This document shows positions 23,502 through 56,000 of a DNA stretch of 64,000 bases, piece after piece. The notes under the pieces are model-generated. The model searched no databases. It was not told the DNA's origin and saw only the letters and a list, made by a program, of their open reading frames with translations. Source of the stretch: Phaeosaccion multiseriatum (taxonomy: Eukaryota > Protista > Ochrophyta, other classes); contig OZ218951.1 of assembly GCA_965112735.1 (NCBI GenBank), forward strand, positions 4,464,001 through 4,528,000, read 5' to 3'. The first letter of the stretch is position 1. Each line of letters opens with the position of its first letter. A program made the position numbers and the translations under genes.

Positions 23502-24221
23502 ACTGCTACCGCCCTCATCCTCTCGGTAATGTGCTTTGATTATGCGGCGTATCCTGGTCAGCAGCAGAGAGAGGGTCGAGTCCAGAAAGGCAGGGAGGCG
23601 GGCGAGCGGCAGGCGGGCTAAGGCGACCCCTTCTGCACGCAGGACGACGGAGAGCTGCCGTGCTTGGCGGCAGCAATGCGGGAGACAGGATAGTACCATA
23701 AGATGTACCTCCCGCGGGTTGCAGAGCTCCGCTATCCCTCCAAGTAGCTCTCGGCACAGGGCCTCCTCCTCGCCTCCCTGCACTGCCGTCGACAGGCAGT
23801 GCAGCAGAGGCACGAAGATCTCCATGCAGAGGGCGGATAGTAGAGACAGGCCGGCGGCCGAGCCAACAGCAGTAGTGGTTGTGGTGGACGAGCCTCCTCC
23901 TCCTCGTCCTCTGCCGCCGCCACTGCTACTCTCCTGCTTCCCGCGCGGGAGCAGGGATTTTTGGAGCTGCCTCAAAAGGTCCAGTTTCTCTGTGCTTTCT
24001 TTCCCCCCGACCGTGACCATTGTTTTGTCGCTCCCACAGTCTCCCGGGCCGCTACCTTGCAAAACTGCGGTAAGGGCCAGGGCGAGCTGCTTTTCCACAT
24101 CTTCCACAGCCGCCTCCTCTTCCTCAGACCGCGCCAGCCGATTCTCTGGTGGCTCGGAGTGGAGATGAAGTGCGTCTGTAAAGAGAGCCCGCCACGGCGC
24201 ATCCTCAGACGGTAATGCCAT
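21039..24221 (-). CDS. Glomulin/ALF4/Ybp1-like helical protein, single exon, with low-complexity insertions
   Basis: 1060-aa intronless ORF. 'LCNPREVHL' resembles the glomulin/ALF4 N-terminal C.P[KR]E motif. 'DPTVRNMG...RFSLLEVLL..CPF......LLD.FR..V' resembles the C-terminal conserved block. Confidence 0.65.
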
Positions 24222-24455
24222 AATTTATGCTAAACGCTACTGTAAACGATTGGGTTGGATTTATCTCCGCGCGTTGAGCATTTTTTCGGTATCACAGATG
24301 TGTGTGGTCCTGAGCCCCTGCCCTCGATACGATTTAATTTTCTCTCTCGGTCACAGCGCAGCCTTAGCAGCAGCAGCAGCAACTCCACGCAATTAGCAGT
24401 GGTAGAAGAAGGGACGAAGTAGTAGAAGAATATAAGAAGAGAGGACGGTGGGAGA

Positions 24456-25099
24456 ATGGGTCGAAAGACGGTCGCCTCGCCCGTGGAGGCAGAGACACTG
24501 CCAAGTCGGCTGAAGGAGGCAGTTGTGCGTCAAGGGGTTGCCGCTCTAGTGCAGCATATCAAGGGGGAGGAAGGAAAGGCCGCCAAGGCGAATCTGCTGG
24601 AGGACGACGGGCACCCTGTACAGGTGAGGGATCCCCTTTATTCTAGTTACGCCCATCTCCCTCCTCTGCTCCCTCCGTCAGCCCTCCCATATCAATGTGT
24701 GCCCCGCTCTCTCGCATTGTCTCTCCTTTGTTATTCTTTTGGGCGCCTCAGCTCCCTCGCCCTCCTCCTCTCTCGCCCTTGGTTGACCCACCCTCACCCC
24801 TCCCCATCCCCTGCGCAGATCCAACTAACCTTGCGCAAGACGCCCGAACACATCAGCATGAACCCCAAAAAGCTAAAGATGCCGCACTCTATGCGAAGCA
24901 ACGCAACGGGTGGGTGCGACATGTGTCTCTTTGTGAAGGACAAGGACAAGGACGCCATCGAGGAGGTGCTCCACACGACGCCTGTAGAGGGCCTCACCAC
25001 GGTGAGTAGTGTAGCGGTGGAGCAGAGCTAAGTACCCCTACCTCAATGACTGCACATCACCCCTATGTGTCCGTCTGTTTGTCCCTCTATTGCCCTAAA

Positions 25100-25145
<46 letters not shown>

Positions 25146-26326
25146 GGTGCTACTACTGCTGCCGGTGCTACCGCTACTGCTGGCTCTCCTCCCCACCATT
25201 CGACGCAGATCTTGACGCTAACGCAACTCAGAACCGAGTACAAGGCTTTCAAGGTGAGGTATAGGGAGGGCCGAGGATACCTGCACCGTGCTGGACCATT
25301 TCCTTCGCGACTGACCATTTCCTTCGCGGCTGTCCCCGACATTTAAGTACTGCTTGCTCTTACTGCGCCACCTTGTGCCACACCTTGCCAGCGCTACTGG
25401 TGACCGCTTGAGCTTAACAGTCTTGGCCTCCCCTCGCCTCTCCCCTCCTTCGCTCCCTCCCTCCTCATCTCCCTCCCTCCCTCCCTCCCTCCCTCTTTGA
25501 TACCCCCTGCCCAATGCACTTGGCCCCTCCAGGATCGAAGGGAGCTCCGTTCTGAGCACGACTTGTTCCTGTGTGACGACTCTATCATTCCTATGATGTC
25601 CAAGGTGGGGGGGGGGGTGGAGATTGCTGTGTAATGTCAGAACAAGGTGGATGCCCCCCCATTTCTATCCATCGATCACGCCTCTCTCACTCCTCTCTCT
25701 CCTCTCTCTCTCTCTCCCCTCTCTCTTATCTTTTTCATCTCTCTGTTCATCTTGTCTCTCTCCCTCCCTCTATCTCCCCCTACACGCCTCTTCTCCCCTC
25801 TCCCCCTCTCTCTCTTCAGACCCTGGGCAAAACCTTCATCTCCGCTAACCGTCGTCCAGTCAAGGTCAACACCAAGAAGCTCAAAAGGTGAGTGCAATAC
25901 GCACACACAGTACCGTAACCTTTCCTTTCTACTTTCCTACCTCCTGCCCCCGCCCCCCCCACACCCACCCACTCGTGTGCTGTCGACGTGCTCTAGACGA
26001 GTTGGGTGCATCATCCACGCTCCTTGCACGCTCTGACCATCTACTGCCATCTGCTGCTGCGCGGTGCTGTGCTGTGCTGCTCCCGTCTCGCTCTCCTCTC
26101 CCGATCCCTCCTCCTCTCCCTCTCTCCCTCTCTCCCTCTATATATGTACTCATATCTCTCTCGCCTTCTATCTACCAACACTACAGTCTGCCCCAGCAGA
26201 TAGCCGCTGCCCGGGACGGCACGAGCCTGACCATGGCCCGTGGCAACTGCTGGGCTGTGAGGGTAGGCAACAGCGCCATGTCTGTTGACAGCATCACACA
26301 GGTGGGTGTGCGTGAGCGTGAGCGTG

Positions 26327-26385
<59 letters not shown>

Positions 26386-28228
26386 ATTCGTGTGTGTGTT
26401 TTGTGTATGTATGTGTGTGTGTGGGTGTATACTTGCGTGTGCGTATGTGTCCTGTACTCGGAGAGGATAGTCCCTAGCGATGGCGAAGGTGCATGGCTTT
26501 ACTCAACGGTTGTCTTATCGACATCACTCAACGCTCGAGACTTACCGACATTACTCAACGCTCGAGAGAGAGGCGAGAGAGAGGAAGAGTCTCCCGCTAC
26601 GTTCTGTGAGCCGCTACCCGCATTCTCACTGGCCTCCTTTCAATCTCTCTATCTCGTTCTCCCCCTTCTGTCTCTCTTCTCCCTCCCTCCCTCTCTCCTT
26701 CTCTCTCCCTCTCTGCAGAACATCTTGTCTGCGGTACCCCAAGCTGTGGACCGGGTACCCAACAAGTGGAAGAACATTCAGGGGGTGCATCTGCAGGTGA
26801 GCACAGCAGCGGTGGGGGGGGGTGGGATGGCTGGGAGAGAGAGGGAGAGGGAGAAGGCGCACGAGAGGGGAGGGAGAGTAAAAGAGAGGGGCAGAGAGAG
26901 AAGAGGGGATAGAGGCAGAGTAGAGAGAGAGAACGGGGGGGGGAGGGGAAGAGAGGGAGGCAGGTGGAGGGGCAGAGAGAGGGAGGCAGGGAGAAAGGCA
27001 GAGGGAGGGAGAAGGGAATGAAGCGTCTCCGGCTGCAAGAGCGTGCGCTTGAATCGCTCGTGACGTGAGTGCCATACTAAGCTCCTCTCTCCCTTCCTCC
27101 CTCCCTCTCTCCTCTCCCTCCCCGCCTCTCTCTCTCCACCCCCGCCTCTACCTCTCCTTCTCCCTCTTGCTACCCTCCGTCCTCCTTCATCTCCTTCCCC
27201 CCTTCCTGTTCCTCCCCTCCGCCGTCTCCCGTTCCCTCTAGGCGCACCAAAGCGTGGCCCTCCCTCTCTACACGGCCGTTGTGGAGAACATTCGGCAAAA
27301 GACGGAGGGCGAGGAGGCACATGAGGAGTTAGTGAAGCAGCAGCAAAGAGACGCCAGGGAGAAGAAGGTGAGTGAATGAGTGAGTGAGGGAGGGAGGGAG
27401 GGAGGGAGGGAGGGAGTGGGTGAGTGAGTGAGTGAGTGGGTGAGTGAGGCCATAGTGTGGAGCTGTGGGTGTGGTTGATTGTCTGCGATCATACGGGACC
27501 GGGGCCTGTGCCCCCCAGGGACAGTCGCAGGAGCAATAGCAACAGTAGCAGTAGCAGAACGAGTAGCAGCAGGAGTAGCAGAAGGATTAGCAGGAGTGGC
27601 AGGAGCAACAGCTTACTCCCTCCTCTCTTTTCTTCGTCCTTTGTCCTCCTCTCCCCCGCCTACAATTTTCCATCGGAATACACAGGCGGCGGCGGCGTTG
27701 GAGGAAGGCATATCAGCCTCCAACCCCGGCAAGGGCAAGAAGCGCAAGATGAAGAATGATGACGTCAGGGAGCAACTCAAGGAGCTTGCAAAGAGGAGGA
27801 AGGGGACAAAGGGGGGAGTGGTGCGGGCCGGGGAAGCAGAGAGTTCTACCCCAAAGAAGAGTACTACAAAGAGTGTTACTACAGCTGCCAGCAAGAAGGT
27901 TGCCAAGACCCCTGCCAAAGAGGGCAGCAAAGGGGTCAAATCTGGAGTGAAGAAGGCGCAGACGCCATTAGCGGCGGCAGCAAAGGCCAAGGTGGGGGGT
28001 GGCGTGAGCGCAGCAAAGAGCGCAGTGAAGAAGGGGGGTCTAGTAAGCGGGAAGAAGGGTGTCAAGAGCGCGACGAAGAAAGTAGAGGAAGAAGAGGACG
28101 GGGAGGGGGAGGGGGCGACCATCAGCAAGCAGCCAACACCAAAGAAGAGTGCAAAGATAACGCCCGCAAAGAAGACTCCGGGGGGCGGGGGAAAGACTCC
28201 GAAAAAGACACGTACTGGGAGCAAGTAG
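24456..28228 (+). CDS. RSL1D1: Ribosomal L1 domain-containing protein (RSL1D1/Cic1/Utp30) with K-rich tail
   Basis: Exons 24456-24623, 24819-25001, 25209-25253, 25533-25604, 25820-25887, 26187-26301, 26719-26796, 27242-27367, 27686-28228. Motifs 'MCLFVKD', 'LRTEYKAFKDRRELRSEHDLFLCDD', 'LGKTF', 'KWKNIQGVHL', 'SVALPLY'. Confidence 0.88.
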
Positions 28229-28872
28229 GAGCGGCCGACAAAAGGGGTGTAGTGAGTGGTAGTGGTGGCGCGGTAGTAGCAGCAGCAGTGGTATCAGCTG
28301 CGGCCACCCGGGGGGGGTAGGGTTAAGATTGGGCGGACAAAAGGCCAGAGGGCGTTGGAGGGCTTTCTCTCTCTACGGGGCGACGGAGGAGAGACGGAAA
28401 GTTGAGAGAGCAGTCTCACGAGTCACACTGATGCGCCCCTCTTGTGTGGGGAGTCTATCTGAAGGGAAGGGCATCCGCCAAAGTTTCAGAGAGGTTCCCG
28501 AGCACCTCTGCTGGCGGAGAGGAGGAATAAGGGAAGCGTTGGAAGGCTCCGAGTCATTGCTTTCTTTTTATGATGTTTCATCGATTAATGAAATTGACGC
28601 TCCGAGCATACGATCGTGTCACACTTTCCTACAGCCTGCTTCTTTAGCGTACACTACACGAAGCCTCCTTGGAGTAGCTCTCGCCTTCTCCTGCCGACCC
28701 CACCGCCCCTCACGCTGACCTCATACTCCACAAGAGCACAAACCCCTCGCGCGCAACGCCGTCTCACTTGAATCTTACATAATCTTACATGTCTCATGAC
28801 AAGAGTCCCTTCCTTCTCGTCCTCGCCAGCTTGCCAGTCTCCCTTCCAAGCAGGTGAGAGGTGCCCCTTTCA

Positions 28873-30623
28873 TCATGCCATCTCCTCCGCCACCTCCTGC
28901 AGCACCTCAGGGCTGACCTCTCTCTGGGACACCTTCAGCCTCCCTTCCTTGCCAAAGAGAAGGTCAGTGCCCCGCATCAGGTCCAACGCGCTTTGTGACG
29001 CAAAGTGCTGTCTGTCCGCGGCAAGGAGGAACTCAACAGATGCTTCATCGCAATCCCTTCGTGCCTGAGTCAGAGCCTTTGAGAGTGAGGCCCCTCCCGA
29101 GAGCAGCTCCAGCGCCGCCCCGCTGTGGCCCCCCTCTGCTGCATGAAGCAAAGGCGTTCCAAGAGTGTGTTTGCCCTCATCAGGATCAGCCCCCGCAGAC
29201 AGCAGCACACGGATTACTGCCGTGTGGTCCTTCCCAGCAGCCAGATACAAAGCTGTAGCCCCTCCTTTAGATCTCATATCGACGTCAACCCCCCCTGAGA
29301 TGAGCTCCTCCACGACGCGAGCATTGCCAAAAAGAGATGCAAAGTGTATCGCTCCAGCCCCAAACCCATCGCCACTGATCGCATTCACCTCTGCACCAGC
29401 CCTGAGCAGCTTTCGCACAATAATTCGGTGCCCATGGGCAGATGCTACCATCAACGCAGTGCTCCCCTCCTCACCATTACGCCTGTCAACGTCCGCGCCG
29501 GCTGTAATGAGCTGCTCCACTACACTACCTTGACCATTCTCGCTCGCCCTAAAGAGCGGAAACATTCCGGAGCTTGTTGCTAAGTTTGCATCTGCCCCGG
29601 AGGTGAGCAGCAGCTGTGTGACCCTGTGGTGTCCGATTCGAGCGGTCATCAACAAGGGGGTGTGACCGTCAACATCTGAGTGGTTGGGATCCGCGTCGGC
29701 CGATAGCAGCTGTTGCACCACTGCATGATGCCCTTCCTCGGAGGCCAAAAGCAAGGCCGTATCGCCTTCTGAGGTGGTCTTGTCGACGTCGGCTCCGGCT
29801 GAGAGCAGCTCCTGGACTACCCGGTCATGCCCGGCAAGTGAGGCTCGATGGAGAGCCGTGTACCCCCTTTTGCAGCCTTCCCAATCCACCTGCGCACCTG
29901 CCGACAGAAGCTGCTGCACCACTGCATGATGGCCCTTCGCTGATGACATGATCAAAGCAGTAACGCCATCACTGTCAGCCAAGTCCACGCTGGCACCGGT
30001 GGACAGCAGCTTGTGCACCACCACAACAGCCCCTGTAATAGATGCCTCCATAAGAGCCGTACGACTCGTGTCTCCTCGTGCATCCACATCCGCACCAGCA
30101 GAGAGAAGCTGTTGTACGATCGCCGCATTCCCACGAGCGCATGCAAGCACAAGCGGAGTACAGCCCCCCCAAGGGTGTCGAGTATTCGGCGATCCCCCCT
30201 CTTGCAGCAGAAGAGTAGTGATGTCTCCCCTCTGCTCTTCCATAGCTGAGTACAGGGCGATATTTCCTGCCTCATCGAGGGGCTCGTCCAAGCATGCCTT
30301 CCTCCCTCCGTTCCTAGCGATGAGGGCCCTCACGGCCTTTTGTACCTGCTGGACTCTCTGACCATCGGTGATGGCCTGCGACAGGCGAATAGCCTATACA
30401 AAGGGAAGGAAGGAAAACAGCAGGACGAAGGTGGGTCCGCGGTGTGGATCCGGTGTGAGTGGGGGCAGAACCGTTAAGAGGAGGAGAGGAGAGAGGGGGG
30501 GGAAGGGGGTGATGAAAGGGAGAAAGACCGAGAGCGCACCAAGGGGGGGAGGGAAGACCAAAGGCGGCATTCTGATGAAAGCAAAGAAATGTTCCTTACC
30601 TCGCTACTGACGGTTCTCTGCAT
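28873..30623 (-). CDS. Ankyrin repeat protein (about 12 repeats)
   Basis: A short first exon 30623-30600 (MQRTVSSE|GTAAGG) splices to 30393-28873. Repeated G.TAL..A...GH..VV..LL..GADVD consensus. Confidence 0.88.
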
Positions 30624-30730
30624 GGCGTGAGCTTGTGTGATTATGGAAAAACACGAGAAAAAAAAAAGAGGGTTTTAAAAGTAAAACAGCCTCAGGAAAG
30701 CGGGGGGGGGGGAAGCTTCGTTGGGTAAAA

Positions 30731-31393
30731 ATGGACGACAAGGCCTCTGGAGAGGGCAGGACGAAGAAACCCGTCGTGGCGATCGACATAGATGAGGTGC
30801 TGGGGAAATTCGTTGAGCAGCTCGTGATGTTCCACAACAGCGAGTACAGTAGCAAACTGACGCCCGAGTCTTTCGAGAACTACTCACGCTTTCACGAGGC
30901 CTTTAAAACCACGAAGGAGGAGGCGGATATACGGGTGCGGGAGTTCTTCAAGAGCGCATACTTCCTGGGGGAGGAGGGAGAGGGCATCCCTCCCATTAGC
31001 GGGGCGAAGGAGGTGCTCCAGGCGCACAGCCACCTGTTTGATTTCCACGTGGTCACGTCGAGGCAGCTGGCCATCGAGCCGGAGACAAGGAGCTGGCTCG
31101 ACCGCCACTACCCGGGCATATTCACAGAGGTGCACCTGGGCAACCACTACGCCACGACAGAAGAGCTGGAGGAGCGAAAGTCCCGCTCCAAGCCAGCCAT
31201 GTGTAGTGCCATTGACGCTGTTTTGCTGGTGGATGACTCGCCGCACTACGCCTTGGAGTGTGCGGCAGCGGGCTTGCACACGGTTCTCTTTGGGGAGTAC
31301 GCGTGGAACCGCCTGAGTAGCGCAGAGCTGCCTGCCCTCGTGACTCGGGCGCACTGCTGGGAAGAGGTGGCAAAGGTGCTCACCGCCTTGTGA
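30731..31393 (+). CDS. HAD-superfamily 5'(3')-deoxyribonucleotidase-like protein (NT5C family)
   Basis: Intronless, 220 aa. Motif I 'VAIDIDEVL', motif II 'VVTSR', 'T..WL..HYPGIF', motif III K in 'RSK', motif IV 'LVDDS', and C-terminal 'LFGEYAWN'. Confidence 0.85.
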   Translation: MDDKASGEGRTKKPVVAIDIDEVLGKFVEQLVMFHNSEYSSKLTPESFENYSRFHEAFKTTKEEADIRVREFFKSAYFLGEEGEGIPPISGAKEVLQAHSHLFDFHVVTSRQLAIEPETRSWLDRHYPGIFTEVHLGNHYATTEELEERKSRSKPAMCSAIDAVLLVDDSPHYALECAAAGLHTVLFGEYAWNRLSSAELPALVTRAHCWEEVAKVLTAL

Positions 31394-32687
31394 AGTATGG
31401 AGTGTGAAGGGTGACGTGTGCCCCGCACAGGGGAGCAGGCCGGTTGCGGTATCACCAACTGCCCAACTTCTACCGCCTCCTCCCTCCTCTGAAGCGCTGC
31501 ACTGTGGGGCAGGCTCAGAGAACCCCTGCCGTAGCCGAGGCCGAGGCGAGTCGTCGGCGCGACGGTAGAGCATCAGCGAGGGAAGGGCCCAGCACCGTGA
31601 AGGAATGAAGGAAGGAAGGAAGGAAGGAACACGTTCCTCTCTCCAGGAGAGTCCCCCGTCCCCCTGCCACTGCCACTCAAGGGCCGCCCTCCCAATGGGG
31701 GGGGTGCAAACCTCATTCGAGGCGCCCGGACCGCACAGGAGTAGGGCACCGTCTTGGTCAGGTCAGGCTGATGGAGGTGTTGGATCGCAGGCACTGGAGT
31801 GGAGATGGCATCAAAGGGTCGGGAGGGAGGGGCTTGTCCATCATCGTCCATAGGCGAAGGCCGCTATGGGATGCGATGCTGGAGGGGGTGTCCCTCTCCC
31901 ACTCGGGCAAGTCAAGTCAGTGATTGTAGCTGAGCCGCTCCACACCTGCCGTGTGGAAGATGCATGCTGCCATTGTGATTGTACATGAACAGGGGGCCAA
32001 GCAGCAGAGCATGAAAGCATGGACGCCTGCTGTTCGTCTCAAAGGAAAGTGGTCGAATGGCAGCAGCCGTCGTGCCAGTCCAGCCTTGAAGGGGGCGTAG
32101 GAGGGACTACCCGCGTGGGAGTCATGGTGAATACATACTCTGAACGATTTAGGTGGAAGGTAATCCAGAAGTCAAGAAGTACCAGGACAAGGAGACACGG
32201 AAGAAAATTCCCGCCTCCTCCTTATCCGTCCCACTACTGTCCGCAACTGCATTAGGGCCTTTGAAAACCCCCGGGAGGTGATGCTACCTGAAGAAAGGGA
32301 GGGAACTCCCAGAGATACAATCCTTACGGAGATGTATGGCTTTGTGCGCAGGGTGCATGATGAGGACCCTACTACCGTCTATCAAGATGAAGCACGGCGG
32401 GGAGGAGTTGAGTGCGGCTTCGCAGTCTCGCGCGCAATAATAGTTTGAGTTTTAGTTTGAGAATCCCAGGCGTTTCTTTTTTGGAGGAACCCGATCGGAA
32501 CAAAAAATCAATAAAACCCCAACCCCCCCTTCCCCCTATTGGGACCGACACATGCCTCGGGCTGAGGAGGATGCACAGGCACGACTCAAGATGGGCGTGA
32601 AGTAGCGAGCAAGGAAGGAGGACGAGTGACAGCAAACAGCAGCAACCACACCAGCAGCAGCGGTAGCAGAAGGGGCAGCAGCGGCCC

Positions 32688-37953
<5,266 letters not shown>

Positions 37954-38724
37954 CAATGATGATGATGATGATGATGACAATGATGATGATGATGATGAGG
38001 AGGAGGAGGAGGAGGAAGATGAGGAGAAGGTGGAGGATGAGCTCCTTCTACGATTTAGTGGGGGGGGGGGGGGGGGTGGAAGGTTCATCAATCTTCACAA
38101 GCATAAGCCTACTGTAAGATTAGTTCAGTACAGTGCTCCACAAAGTGAAGGAAGCGACATTTTGATTATACTTTTTTAAATAAAGCTTTCAGTATAGAAC
38201 TTCTCTTGTTGGAGTGAGTGAGCACACCTTTCGCATGTGCGTGTGTGCGTGTGTGCGTGTGTGCGTGTGTGCGTGTGTGAAATTTTGGGTTCTAATCGGC
38301 CGAAATGGCGCCCTCACTCAAAGGAAGGCAATGGCTGTAAGGCAGAGGCCCCGGAGTGTGAATCTTCTCAACCCTCGTCCTGTACCACTACCACAGTACA
38401 CCGTAACATCATCACACCACAGCCCCCCTCCCACCTCCCCACCCCCAGATTTGTCTGCCCTCTCATGACGATCGGTGTCGGTGTGTACAGTCTGTAGCAG
38501 AGTGTGTACCACCAGTGTTCCCTTGGTCAAATCACTGCCACACACTCTGTACTGTGTCTCTTGTGCATATATATATATATGTATATATACGTATCCGACG
38601 TAGCCGATCCCTCGAACCCTCTGGCCTTAGAGCCTGATCCTCACACCCCAGCTCGTCATACCACAGACGCCCCACTCCCTCTATCCCATCAGCTGCCATC
38701 TCGCTGTCACGCCCGTCCTTCCCT

Positions 38725-52897
<14,173 letters not shown>

Positions 52898-53089
52898 CCT
52901 TCCTTTCCAAGTCAGAAATCCAGAAATATCGTTACATGTACGGAGAGTGGTTCTCCGTCTCACAATTGGTGACGAAGAACATCAGTCTCATCGTCACGGG
53001 AAAAGTGCTTGCCTTGCTGTTGGGAGCCCTTTTGCCTCTCTCTCTCCTCCCCCATGCTGTTTTGAGTTTGGGTTTCAGGCAAGAGTAGG
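52898..53089. promoter_or_regulatory. Putative bidirectional promoter between the channel gene and INPP4
   Basis: Head-to-head start codons only 192 bp apart; inferred from position only. Confidence 0.5.
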
Positions 53090-56000
53090 ATGATCCGGCC
53101 CCAGCTTTCACCGAAGCCTATTCCGCCGCAGGTATCAGAGGAGGGCGACACCTTGATGTTCTCCCTGCACGGCCTGTGGGAGGGGGGGACTCCGCCGGGG
53201 GGGGACTCAGGCTACGGGAATCAAACTGGAGGCGGCGGCAGCAGCAGCAGCGGCAGCAGCAGTGGCGGTGGGTTGCGAGGGCTGCGCGGAAAGGTGCTGA
53301 CAGCCGTTGCTGGCGAGAAGGTGGAGTATCTGCAGCTTACGATTGACACGCAGGACTCGGGCCTTACCAACGCCGATGGCCGAAGCGGCAGCCTGGGCGG
53401 CACTCCTTCCCCGCCTCCTCGGTCTCCCGGTACCAGCCCGTTTTCATCTTCAGGAGGAGGGGGCAATGTCGTGAATAACAGCAGCAGAAGGGGGATAGCA
53501 GGAGCAGGAGGAGCAGTAGCAGGAGGAGGAGGAGGAGGAGGAGGAGGAGGGGCTGGAGGTATAGGAACGTTCTACAGCTCGGAGCCTCAGGCGTGGGACA
53601 AAAGCCCGGGTAGCACCAACGGCCACAACCAAGGCTTGTTCCACTTCGCTCTTCCCGGCTGCCCTCTCGAGTCCGGTGGTGCCGGTGCGGGCGGGGCAAC
53701 TGGCTTTGGACCCGCCACCACCCCGCTGTTGGTCCGGTTGTGGCTCATTGTCGAGCGGCCCAGAACCAGTGCCCTGCTCAATGCGGCGGCCGCGAGCTCA
53801 GACGCTCGCGGGAGGCGCACCCTGGTGGCGCAGAGTTCCGATCTTCAGCTCAGCAACCTCCTACTTGCGCTCTCCTCTTCCCCCTCGAGTTTCTCTCCTC
53901 CGTCGTCGTCCTTGTCGTCGCCAGCAGCAGCAGCAGCAGGACCGACTGTGGTCCCGCTGCAGAGCGCCCGTTTCCCTCATGTACGCTTGGTGATTCGACC
54001 TCTGCCCCCCGCCGCGCCTCCTTCGCTGAGCCCCTTTGGCATGGCCAGCCCCCCACAGCCGGGAAACGCATTCAACCCCATGACCTTCACCAGCACCTTC
54101 CGTGTAGAGGGCCCAGGAGGAGGACGAGGAGGGGGAGGAGGAGGAGGAGGAGGAGGAGGAGGAGGGTCTTCATCATCATCCTCACAAACGACGACGTCGT
54201 CGACGACAAACACGAACACCAACGGGAAGCTGCTGGTCGTCCGAGAGACGGCGGTCGAGCCTCGATTGGTGTTCGACCTGCCCCGTCAGTTCCTCTCCCC
54301 ACTGCAGCAGGGTCTGGCGCAGGCTACGTGTGCGTGGCAGCAGCGCCTTGTTCGGGAGCGCTTACGTCAAGGCTTCTTCGCAAGCGAACGAGACGCCTTC
54401 CAGCAAGGGAGAGTGCTGGTGAGGGTCGCTGTTTACGCTGCGAGAGCCTTGGAGGCGGCGTGCACCCCTCCTGATGTGGCGGCGGTGGTGGCGGCGGGAG
54501 GAGGAGCTGATGGTGGTCAAGCAGCAGCAGCAGCAGCAGCAGGAGGAGGAGGAGGAGGAGGAGGAGCGATGGAAGAAGGGCCAGGGCCGAGCGGGGGTGG
54601 AGACTCAAGCGTCGGTGAGTGAGCGAGTGCGCTTGGGGCGGGGCAGGAGGGTGCGATGGAGGACTTCCTCTTGTCGCATTTATCTCTATTCACTGATAAG
54701 GCCCACATCCACCGACCTTAGATCGTGTGTACAGGAGTGGGCCTCATCGATTTGGGGGGGGGGGTTTGTCTTGCATAGTTGAGAGCTCCGGAAGCCTCGT
54801 CGTGGGGAGTTGTTGTCTGACCTTCCGCCGGCCTTCCTGGTTTCTTTTTTCTCCTTGCCTCTGCTCTCCGGATCCTCCTACCCTCCTCTCTCCCTCCCTC
54901 CCTCCCTCTCTCCCCCTCCCTCTCTTCTCTCTCTTCGCTCGCTATCTCTCGCCCCCCCCCTCTCTTCTTTCCTCCTGCCGTCGTCCTTCTTCGCCGCACA
55001 CCCCTTCGCCCCATGCACGTCGGTTGTATGAGTATTCACTACAGCCGGAGGTGTCGGTCCTTTCTCGCCTCCACGGGCGGGCGGCAGCAGCTCCTCGTCC
55101 AAAATGAGCCTGGGAGGTCTCAAGAGGATGGGCGGCATGGCAATGGTGAGTGAGTCGTCGACAATCTCCACACCTCTTTTGTGTTGTAACGGTTGTAAGG
55201 TTGTAACGGTGCTCTTCAACGTCCCCCCTTCTCACTGTGTCGATCCCCTCCGTCGCTCATCATCATCATCGCCATCATAATCATTATCATCATCATCTCA
55301 CCATCGTTGTCACCATCATCATCATCACCTCCACCACCACCATCATCATCATCATCATCATCACCACCATCATCATCATCACCATCACCAACCCCTTCAT
55401 CGTCATCAACATCACCGCCATATCATCCCACCGCAGAAACAAGCCCAGACCTTCGCCAAGAACGCCACTCAAGCTAACGTGGCAAGCACCATCAAGAGCG
55501 GTGGAGCCGCGCTCGTAGGGGGGGTGGGAGGAGCGGTAGGAGCCGTAGGAGGCAGAGGTAGCACCAGCGGCAGCAGCATCGGCGGCAGCAGCAGCGGCAA
55601 GGTATCGCGAGCGCTGCACCACTTCACCAAGCTTGCGTATCTCCCCCCTCCTTCCTCTTCCTCCTCCTCGTCTTCGTCTTCGTCAAGTGGAGGAGCGACA
55701 GAGGGCGACAGTTTCAATGCCAGTGGACCAGCACCGGAGCGGCCGGTGGGTAGAACCAACACGGAATATGGTACGGGGAGTCCTGTGTGGAACATGAATG
55801 CTTCTCGCTTCTCGTGCCCGCACAACAAGCCAAGGCTCGAGCACACAGTGTCAGGATCTGCGGCCCTGCGAGAGACAGAGGGGGTGGTGACGGAGGTGAG
55901 CGTCGGAGGACAGGCCGTGGAGTTTCAGTTCTATGTGCCGAGGGAGGAAGTGGAGGGGGAGGGGAGAGGAGGAGAAGAGGGAGGAGGAGAGGGAGGCGGT

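Noticed and set aside
31400-32350. Coding-like GC-rich sequence between NT5C and AMT
   Set aside because: Only short ORFs with no recognisable motif or consistent splice model; may be a decayed gene or TE but cannot be supported.
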